The position numbers and the translations under genes were made by a program. The notes under the pieces are model-generated. The model saw only the letters and a program-made list of their open reading frames with translations, searched no databases and had not been told where the DNA came from. 64,000 bases of DNA from NCBI GenBank assembly GCA_963738405.1, contig CAVTWJ010000009.1:4793-68792 (forward strand). The letters run 5' to 3'. Numbering within the stretch: the stretch's first letter is position 1; each line of letters opens with the position of its first letter. Positions 26,466 through 33,852 of the stretch are shown here, in pieces. The stretch is from a candidate division FCPU426 bacterium (GTDB taxonomy: Bacteria; Oederibacteriota; Muellerivitia; Muellerivitales; Muellerivitaceae).

Positions 26466-27869
26466 ATGGAACCAAATCCTATCGAACAGCCATCATCCGA
26501 ACGGCAGGTTTACTATCCTGAAACGCTAAAGGGTTCAAAAGCCCTTTGGCCCTTAATTTTATTTGCTTCATTTGTTCCTTTGGGGTTCCTTTTTATATTT
26601 CTAAGCATTTATTTCCATACGGGAAGGCTTTATTTCCCCTGGTGGTCACCACGAATCCGTTCTTTGTATGTATTTTGGGTTTTTAATTTACTGGTTGTCT
26701 TTTTGAGGTTGAAAAGTCAAAAAGCTCATGCCGAAACATCACCGGAGGGTCTTGCGCAAGTGAATGCTTTTGGGAAACAGGTCGATATTCCCTGGGATGA
26801 AATCGGCCAGGTTTTGGTGGATGAGGGCGGTATTGTTCGGGTTAAGGACAAAACCGGTAAAAAAACCATCAACCTTTCGAAGTTTTATAAAAATTTTGAC
26901 CAACTGAAGAAAAGGGTTTTAGAAGAATACGAAACAAAAAGAATTCCCCAGGCGAAAGAAGCCGCCCTTTATGGCATGGCCTCGAAAGTCGGCATTATTT
27001 ATTTTTGGGGTGGGTTATTTATTCTGATTCTTGGTCTGACATCGGTAGTAGGCGGTGTTATGACCCTCATGGGTTATGGTGACACGAAAGTTAATCCATT
27101 GGTCAATGAGATCATCTTTTTAGTCTTCGGCCCAGCCTTCATTGCCCTTGCGGTTTACTGTCTTTGGTGGGGTGTGAGAGTTAAATACAGCAAAATCGAA
27201 ATTACTCAATCGGGAATCGCCAGGCTAGAGAAAGCTGGAAACCGGGTTTTTATTAAATGGGAGGATGTAGCCCGGTTGACCAAAAGGGAACGGATGAAAG
27301 ACATAGTGGTTACCAGCTTGGACCCATCTAAAAAAATCATGGTGGATTATCAATTTGAAGGGTTCGAGCAGATTCGAGACAGAGTTTTTATGGAATTCGA
27401 GAAAAGGCTGTCCTTGCCAGTGGTGGCCACGACCTACGGCCCAAAATGGATTCATCCCAACTTTGTCTTGATGGGATTTATGGGAGCTTTTATTGGACTA
27501 TTGTGTTTCGCCCGATTCAGCCAAAAAACCACAGGCGATACGAGCGGGTTTAACTTCTTAATTATCCTTTTAGTGGGTTTTTATTTGTTCATTCTTTTCG
27601 CGGAAACAAAAGCGGTGAAGGCCCTGACCTTAAACGGAAATGAAATTATCCTTCGCAAACTTTTTGGAAAGAAAATTCTACAAGGACGTGAAGTGGCGGA
27701 CATTTCCATGGATAGTATCGCGGGCCAACACGGGACTTTTTATTACCGAATTCAACTGACTGCCGAAGATGGGAAGAAATACATCTTCGCCAATGATCTT
27801 GGAACAGAAGTGGGTGTTTATCCGGTCCTCAAGAAATGGCTGGAGAAACAAAAAGGCGGACGAGGCTAG
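26466..27869 (+). CDS. YdbT-like membrane protein with three tandem [2 TM + bacterial PH (bPH_2)-like] modules (gene D)
   Basis: Three repeats of a hydrophobic hairpin followed by a soluble segment of about 90 aa (e.g. VDIPWDEIGQVLVDEGGIVRVKDKTGKK; VFIKWEDVARLTKRERMKDIVVT; LTLNGNEIILRKLFGKKILQGREVADISMD). Confidence 0.5.
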   Translation: MEPNPIEQPSSERQVYYPETLKGSKALWPLILFASFVPLGFLFIFLSIYFHTGRLYFPWWSPRIRSLYVFWVFNLLVVFLRLKSQKAHAETSPEGLAQVNAFGKQVDIPWDEIGQVLVDEGGIVRVKDKTGKKTINLSKFYKNFDQLKKRVLEEYETKRIPQAKEAALYGMASKVGIIYFWGGLFILILGLTSVVGGVMTLMGYGDTKVNPLVNEIIFLVFGPAFIALAVYCLWWGVRVKYSKIEITQSGIARLEKAGNRVFIKWEDVARLTKRERMKDIVVTSLDPSKKIMVDYQFEGFEQIRDRVFMEFEKRLSLPVVATTYGPKWIHPNFVLMGFMGAFIGLLCFARFSQKTTGDTSGFNFLIILLVGFYLFILFAETKAVKALTLNGNEIILRKLFGKKILQGREVADISMDSIAGQHGTFYYRIQLTAEDGKKYIFANDLGTEVGVYPVLKKWLEKQKGGRG

Positions 27870-28019
27870 GCCTGAAAAAATCTGTTTTACGACGTCCATT
27901 CAACTAAATCCCTTTTGAGTTAAGCCCTAATAAAAATAATGACTATGTCAATTTGGCAGGCTTTTTCCTACACTTCCCTTCGTTAGCAGGTGTTTTGAGG
28001 CGAAGAAAAACAGGGGAGA

Positions 28020-28976
28020 GTGAACATGAAGCATTTGAGCCAATTGGCAGGGATTGTTTTGTTACTTACCAGTTTTGTGGCGGTTTCCAATGCGGATACG
28101 CTTTTTGAACCCGTGAATTCCAACCAATCTTCCGCTTACCAACGGGACCCATCCAACTTATTGCAGTTCGCCAAGGCCGTTAAACCCACAAAGCACACCG
28201 AAGACGCCGCCGACGAAACCATCAACTTGTTCGATGGTTCGGGAACCTTCGTACAGCTTTACACTGGCTACGACTATTCCATCATGGGCGACATCAGCAA
28301 CGGTTTTAATAACCTCAAGCCGGCCTTCCTCAACGGCAGCCCAAGCCTATCGGCCGCGGGTGGGAGTTTTCAAAACAGCGGTATCCGCACGGGGGTGCTT
28401 TACGGCATCCACTTGGATTCCTCCAGCAGTTTTGCCTTGGATATCAGCAACGTCACGACCGTGCCTAGCAGTTTGACGTTTTCTACCGGGACGACGCAGG
28501 TGGCCAGCTTCAACCTGTTGCCTTCACTTTTTAGCGCCTCCATCGACTATTCCCTCAACCTCATCCAGGGACCGGGAAGCCGGACCTACGTGGCCCTGGG
28601 GGCCGGCTATTACCATGGAGCCGTGGCTTATTACGGCAGTGGGGGCGGGTACGGCAGTGGAACCTTCACGGGCGACAATATCGGTGGGACCTTGGGGATT
28701 GGGGAAGAGATCGCCCTAGGTTCGAATTTTGGGTTCAATTTTTCCTTGAACGGCCGTTACGCTTACTTCAGCCGGGCCAGTTCTAGCAATGCTGCCGGCT
28801 ACGCTGGCGGATCGGGCACCATTTCCCTGGCGCTCATCCAGCAAGGCCCGACCGGCCGGTTCCTGGTGCCGATTGCGAACAACCTGATCGATGCGAATCC
28901 CAACATCGTTTCCTACGCCGGGATGGACTTTTCGGGCATCGACGCCAACGCGGCGGTGGAATACCACTTTTTCTAA
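28020..28976 (+). CDS. outer-membrane beta-barrel protein (Gly/Ser/Asn-rich; C-terminal aromatic residue)
   Basis: Signal peptide MNMKHLSQLAGIVLLLTSFVAVSNA. Terminal ...NAAVEYHFF. Confidence 0.55.
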   Translation: MNMKHLSQLAGIVLLLTSFVAVSNADTLFEPVNSNQSSAYQRDPSNLLQFAKAVKPTKHTEDAADETINLFDGSGTFVQLYTGYDYSIMGDISNGFNNLKPAFLNGSPSLSAAGGSFQNSGIRTGVLYGIHLDSSSSFALDISNVTTVPSSLTFSTGTTQVASFNLLPSLFSASIDYSLNLIQGPGSRTYVALGAGYYHGAVAYYGSGGGYGSGTFTGDNIGGTLGIGEEIALGSNFGFNFSLNGRYAYFSRASSSNAAGYAGGSGTISLALIQQGPTGRFLVPIANNLIDANPNIVSYAGMDFSGIDANAAVEYHFF

Positions 28977-29020
28977 AAGCTTTTCGAAGGTCAGAATTTA
29001 TTTAGTTCGTTTTTCTAAAC

Positions 29021-29095
29021 GCGGTCCCCGGCACCACTTCCCAATGGGTGGAGCCGGGGTGCATCCAGATCAAAGGTAGGGCCATCCAATCCCCT
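29021..29095. repeat. about 75-bp repeat, copy 1, derived from the 3' coding region of the PA14-fusion gene; copy 2 at 30591-30662
   Basis: Identical 37-bp core ACTTCCCAATGGGTGGAGCCGGGGTGCATCCAGATCA at 29036-29072 and 30603-30639, with similar flanks. Confidence 0.8.
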
Positions 29096-29204
29096 TTAGC
29101 GCTCAAAACCTATCAGATAATATTGGGTTATTGTTGGTTAATGTTTGGTTGATAACTGGAAAATACCGGATAGAATGCGTAAACTTACTTAGAGGGAGGC
29201 GACC

Positions 29205-29573
29205 ATGTCCACGCCGCTTTTAGATCTGCCAAAAGACCATCTTTCGTTATTTAAAAAAAACAAACCCGACTATGAGAACATCGTGGATTTCCTACATCTC
29301 AAAAGGGTGGATGTGGCAAAGGCAACGGGGCTGGCGACCTCTTCAGTCCGTTTTGATGGGAAAATACCTCAGGAATTATCCGAGATACTTCTTCAATGGG
29401 CGGTTTTGTTCAATAAAGTAGCGGAATTTTTTAAGGGCGATGTTTATAAAACGAATCTTTGGTTCAATGTTCCGAATCCTTTGTTGGGAAATATAACTCC
29501 AAAAGATATGATCCGGCTGGGCCGCTATAAAAAACTTTATAGTTTTGTTTCACAGGCTATCGAAGACAATTAA
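29205..29573 (+). CDS. Xre/MbcA/ParS-like antitoxin (DUF2384 toxin-binding domain)
   Basis: C-terminal NLWFNVPNPLLGNITPKDMIRLGRYKKL matches the DUF2384 pattern (A..W...PN..LGG.TPL....T). Confidence 0.6.
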   Translation: MSTPLLDLPKDHLSLFKKNKPDYENIVDFLHLKRVDVAKATGLATSSVRFDGKIPQELSEILLQWAVLFNKVAEFFKGDVYKTNLWFNVPNPLLGNITPKDMIRLGRYKKLYSFVSQAIEDN

Positions 29574-29587
29574 AACAGGTATTTAAG

Positions 29588-30505
29588 ATGGATAAGAGCC
29601 GGCGAAAAAAGAAACTTGATTCCCGCGCCTTATCCTTTCTCCTCCCGACCTATTTACCTCTGGATCAATTCAATGTTCTTGACGTGCAGCGTTGGCAATC
29701 CGGCCAACAAAAGCTCAAGGATTTTTATGGGCAATGGTATTTCGAATTAGCCAGGCAACGTTCCCGGGCGAAAGAATCAATCAATCGCTCACTTCAGAAG
29801 GCAAGCACACCCTATTCTTTCTCCCCTTGTTATAGGGTATTTCGCTTTAAATGGGCCTTGGGCCCGCTTTCTTCCAAAGGAAGCCTTAAGGTTCCGGGTG
29901 GACGTTTCAATATCGGTGACATCGACGAGAGCTTATTTCAGAAATTTCCCGCCCTTTATTTGGCTGAAGACGCAGATACGGCTCTCTGTGAAATGATAGG
30001 ACCGAGACGAAATCCTTTGGAAACATTCAACCAATTTGATTTGGCTTCGATTAATGAGAAATCATTATCAATTGTGGCAACTTATGGGGAACTTGAATCG
30101 GTGGTGGATTTGACCAATCGGGAATGCCTGAAAGAATTTATTGATGTAGTTAAAACTTTTACCGTTTCCAAAAGTCTTGAAAAATTGGCCCAGGAAGTGC
30201 GGATCAATCTAAATGGCGGCACGGTTAATAGCGTGGATCTTCTTATGGAAACCCTCATGAATCCTAATTGGAGACAATTTCCAATGCATGTCGATGTACC
30301 CGCAAATTCTCAAATATTTGGACAGCTTGTTTGGGACGCAGGAATCGAAGGGGTTGTCTATTCCTCGAAATACACTAATAAAAAGTGTTTTGCGATTTTC
30401 CCGAATAACCTCAAGGGCGGCGATTCATTTGTGGAAATTATGGATGATGTTCCCAAAGGCGCAATTAAGCGTTTAGACTCCAAAACGTGGGAAAAACTTA
30501 TTTAA
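29588..30505 (+). CDS. RES-domain toxin (NAD-targeting toxin family) with N-terminal extension
   Basis: CYRVFRFKW, GGRFNIGD, FPALYLAEDADTALCEM, VVYSSKYTN supply RES-domain R/E/S positions. The gene is 15 nt downstream of the antitoxin. Confidence 0.6.
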   Translation: MDKSRRKKKLDSRALSFLLPTYLPLDQFNVLDVQRWQSGQQKLKDFYGQWYFELARQRSRAKESINRSLQKASTPYSFSPCYRVFRFKWALGPLSSKGSLKVPGGRFNIGDIDESLFQKFPALYLAEDADTALCEMIGPRRNPLETFNQFDLASINEKSLSIVATYGELESVVDLTNRECLKEFIDVVKTFTVSKSLEKLAQEVRINLNGGTVNSVDLLMETLMNPNWRQFPMHVDVPANSQIFGQLVWDAGIEGVVYSSKYTNKKCFAIFPNNLKGGDSFVEIMDDVPKGAIKRLDSKTWEKLI

Positions 30506-30556
30506 ACAATAGTGGAAATAAAGTTATAAGACCCGAAAAATTTTTAAGTCCAAGAC

Positions 30557-32701
30557 TCAAAGCTTACGTTGGTTGATCTTCCCGAAAGTAGAGGCTGGCA
30601 CAACTTCCCAATGGGTGGAGCCGGGGTGCATCCAGATCAGATTCACGGCCATCGAATCCCCGCCCGTCTTAATAAATTCCACTTTGATCGAATGTTCTCC
30701 CTTATGAAGGTTCAGTTTTTTATCTGAAGGCATTCCCGCTCCATAAATCTTTTTCCCATCCAAGAAAATAGTCCCTTGGTCCTGGGTCAGGCATTCAAAT
30801 TGATATTCGCCTGAAGCTGGAATTTCCAAATGGCCCTTCCAGCGGATGCTGAAGGGGGGCGGGTTGGTGAAGGGAAAGTCCTGCTTGCTGGTGAAATTCA
30901 AAAGAGGGTCGCTCTTTACCGTCACGGGAGTCCCCAAAAAGAAGCTGGTGTTCCAATAGGTTCCCGTCAGGCCCTTATCCCAACCCTTGAAAGAATTGAC
31001 CGTTAGATTGGATATGGCGTAGCAGGAGACAAGGGTTCGTCCATCCGGGCTTTGCAAAGCATCCTCTGTGCCTCCAGGAAAAATAGTTTTGAGAAGGTCC
31101 AAAACCCCGGCCTTGCCCTCCTCCGTGAAAAAAACCGCGTCCTTGTCCTTAGCTAAATTTCCGGCGGCCAGATCGTTGAGATTGAAACGAACGATGGCCG
31201 CCCCCGAGGCATCGGCGAGGAACCGGGTGGTATGGTTTTCGTAGTAAAGGGGCGGGAGATAAAAGCGGTAGCGGCCCGGATATAGTTTTTCCAGGTTTTC
31301 AACGCCCCGGCCGATGTAAGTCTGCTCTAACCCAAATGAGGTCTGGCAGGCGGGGTCTTGGTCCATCTTCTCGAAATAGATCAGGTAGTTTTGAACCGCG
31401 ATGGGGGCAATCAGGGCAAAACCCAAAAAAGGAATAAGCCATTTCGTTTTATTGGAAAGGGCTAAGCGCCGCCAGAATTCTTCCATCGTGGTTCCGGCGA
31501 AATAGGCGGCAAAGACCGAGAGAATCCAAAGCCGGTTGGAATTGGCGGGGTCATTCGCCAGCGTCCCTACGGCGAGGAAGATCAGAAAACCCGCCAGGGG
31601 ATAAAACCCGCCCCTTTCTTTGCGCCGCAACCAAGCCAGGCCCAGCCCCAAAACAAAACAGACCCCGGTGATGTCATCCAGCATCCGGGTTCCCGGCAGA
31701 TTATGGCGGGGGTTGGGGTCGCCTTGGCGGTTGAACATCAAAATATTCGAAACCGCCTGGTCCCAGAGGGGTTTCAAACTGTGCTGGGCTTTGATGTTGT
31801 TGCCGATGAAGATGTCGCTCTCCCGGTTTCCCGCCGTGTGGTTCAAGACCAAATAGGCCAAGAGGGGCAGGGCCAAAAGCAAAAAGAGCCCCGCCCAAAG
31901 AGCCAGAGCCCTGGCCTTCTTTGATCCCCTGCGAAACTCGTAAAACCCGAAGAGCAAAAAGAGAAGGGGAACCACTTTGAAGATTTGGTAGGTATAGAGC
32001 CCCAGTCCCAAAAAGAGCGCCGAAGGGTAAAAAGAAGATTTCTGGTTCTTCATGACCCAATGGAGCCAAAAGGCCAGCCCGGCGAAAAGAAAAAAGCCGG
32101 TTTGGCAGGAAGGATACCCGGTGCGGGGCTCAATCCAGTTCCACCGCATGAGCCCCAATAATAGAAACGAAAGGAGGGCGGTTCGGGGGCCCGCTAACTG
32201 CCGAATGGCCCAATAGATGAAAGGGAAAGAAGCCATGGCGAGGGTTACGAAGAACAGGTGGAAGGACAGGTAGGAAGAACCGAAAAGCCAAAACCAACCC
32301 GCCAGGAAATAGGGAATCAGCAGTTCGGGAACCGGGTAGCTGTAAATGTCGTAAAAGGGCCGCCAGCCCTTCAAAACCCAAAGGCCGTATTCCCCTTCCA
32401 GCCCCTGGTCGGTGTGCATCCCATCGGGCATGGAATCCAGTTGATAGACCCGAAGGAAGAGGGCGATCAGGAAAATAAAAACAAAGGCAACCGTTTCGAC
32501 ATCAAGAGAAAGGGGCTCGAAAGCCGGGGAGCCGATCTGGGGGTCCCGAAACAACAGCCAAAGGGCCAGGCCGTAAAAAAATAATCCGGGAGCCAAGGTC
32601 CAGGGTGCGCCGGACTGGGCCATCCAGAACTGCCCCAAGGCCGCCGATAGAAGCGGCGCCCAACATTTCATCCAGGAAGGGCGTGTGGTTGAAGGGGGCA
32701 A
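30557..32701 (-). CDS. polytopic membrane glycosyltransferase-like protein (GT39/ArnT/PMT-like, about 12 TM) fused to a C-terminal PA14 domain
   Basis: N-terminal two-thirds is multi-TM. C-terminus GTYWNTSFFLGTPV...SIRWKGHLEIPASGEYQFECLTQDQGTIFLDGKKIY is PA14-like. Confidence 0.55.
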   Translation of the reverse strand: MPPSTTRPSWMKCWAPLLSAALGQFWMAQSGAPWTLAPGLFFYGLALWLLFRDPQIGSPAFEPLSLDVETVAFVFIFLIALFLRVYQLDSMPDGMHTDQGLEGEYGLWVLKGWRPFYDIYSYPVPELLIPYFLAGWFWLFGSSYLSFHLFFVTLAMASFPFIYWAIRQLAGPRTALLSFLLLGLMRWNWIEPRTGYPSCQTGFFLFAGLAFWLHWVMKNQKSSFYPSALFLGLGLYTYQIFKVVPLLFLLFGFYEFRRGSKKARALALWAGLFLLLALPLLAYLVLNHTAGNRESDIFIGNNIKAQHSLKPLWDQAVSNILMFNRQGDPNPRHNLPGTRMLDDITGVCFVLGLGLAWLRRKERGGFYPLAGFLIFLAVGTLANDPANSNRLWILSVFAAYFAGTTMEEFWRRLALSNKTKWLIPFLGFALIAPIAVQNYLIYFEKMDQDPACQTSFGLEQTYIGRGVENLEKLYPGRYRFYLPPLYYENHTTRFLADASGAAIVRFNLNDLAAGNLAKDKDAVFFTEEGKAGVLDLLKTIFPGGTEDALQSPDGRTLVSCYAISNLTVNSFKGWDKGLTGTYWNTSFFLGTPVTVKSDPLLNFTSKQDFPFTNPPPFSIRWKGHLEIPASGEYQFECLTQDQGTIFLDGKKIYGAGMPSDKKLNLHKGEHSIKVEFIKTGGDSMAVNLIWMHPGSTHWEVVPASTFGKINQRKL

Positions 32702-32836
32702 GAGCGATCCTTGAGTTGAAATCAGCCACTATCATAACCCATCCGAGGGCTTGGCCGCCGTTGACGGTCCTTCAGCCCGGCCCTAGGATAGGTCTTGCTG
32801 AAAAGTACCGGCAGTGGCTCAGTTTGAATTAACGCC

Positions 32837-32960
32837 GTCATTGCGAGGCCCAGCCCCAATCGGGGTGGTTTGAGCCGTGGCAATCTCAGTTAAAAGCCGA
32901 AAAAAACCTGGGATTCCCACGTCGCAAACCAAGCCTATCGGCTTTGCTCCTCGGAATGAC
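32837..32960. repeat. empty copy (C) of the palindromic element family
   Basis: GTCATTGCGAGGCCCAGCCCCAATCGGGGTGGTTTGAGCCGTGGCAATCTCAG ... GGGATTCCCACGTCGCAAACCAAGCCTATCGGCTTTGCTCCTCGGAATGAC. Confidence 0.75.
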
Positions 32961-33016
32961 AAACAGACCTAAAATCTGTTTTATCTTTTTTAAAATTAGT
33001 TTCCCCCGGAGGGAAC

Positions 33017-33520
33017 TTGAAAGCCGCCTCTTGGATCTTGACTGGACTTTTCGCGCTTCTCCTCGTCTGGTCCCTTTCCCAAATGCCCTCACCCGGCGAT
33101 CCTACCGCCCCCCTCTCCGTCCATATCAGTTCCCGATACGCCTCCCAATCGGCCTCCGAAACGGGTTTTAACAACCCCTTGTCCGCGGTGCTGGGCGACT
33201 ACCGGTCTTTCGACCTTGTCCTCTTATCCCTTCTTTCCCTGGGGGCCTGCCTGGTGGGTTGGGGAAGCGCCCGGGAACAGGAATCCCAACTGCCCCCCCT
33301 GCGCCGTCTCTTTTTCGTTCTTTGCGTCCTGGGAAGCCTGGCCCTCATCGGCCTGGGTTTCTACACCCTCTTCAAGGGATGCCGTTTCCTCGACTATGAA
33401 TGCTGGGTGCAATTCGCGCCGCCCGCGGCGGCCAGGGTATTAGGCGCCGAATGGTCACTGGGACTGGCCCTACTGGTATTTTTTCTTTCTTTCTTTGTCC
33501 GTTCCAAAGGGAAACCATGA
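33017..33520 (+). CDS. MnhB/MrpB-like cation:proton antiporter subunit
   Basis: Small 4-TM protein in front of NuoK-like and NuoN-like genes, overlapping the next start. Confidence 0.45.
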   Translation: MKAASWILTGLFALLLVWSLSQMPSPGDPTAPLSVHISSRYASQSASETGFNNPLSAVLGDYRSFDLVLLSLLSLGACLVGWGSAREQESQLPPLRRLFFVLCVLGSLALIGLGFYTLFKGCRFLDYECWVQFAPPAAARVLGAEWSLGLALLVFFLSFFVRSKGKP

Positions 33521-33852
33521 CCCCCCACATTCCCCTTATCTTTCAGTACATTCTGCCGTTCGGTTTGGCGGTTTTAGGTTTTTGGGGCCTGACTTCCTTC
33601 ACCCGCCTGGACCAAAAAGCGGGAGCTTGGTTGATGCTCCAATTGGCCGTTGGGGTTTTCCTCCTTCAACTCGCTTTTGAAAACCCTGCCGCAGGCTCCA
33701 CAGGCGCCAATCCCTTTGTTCTTTCTTTAGGTGTGATGGTCGCCTTAACCGGTCTTTTGGTTTTCTCGCTTCTTTTGGGGCTGGCCATTTTTTTAAAGAG
33801 GCAGAACGGCAGTTGGGACGGGGATGAAATCAACCGGAGGCTGAAACCTTGA
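33517..33852 (+). CDS. MrpC/NuoK-like membrane subunit
   Basis: About 111 aa with 3 TM. Start overlaps the previous stop. Confidence 0.5.
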   Translation: MTPHIPLIFQYILPFGLAVLGFWGLTSFTRLDQKAGAWLMLQLAVGVFLLQLAFENPAAGSTGANPFVLSLGVMVALTGLLVFSLLLGLAIFLKRQNGSWDGDEINRRLKP

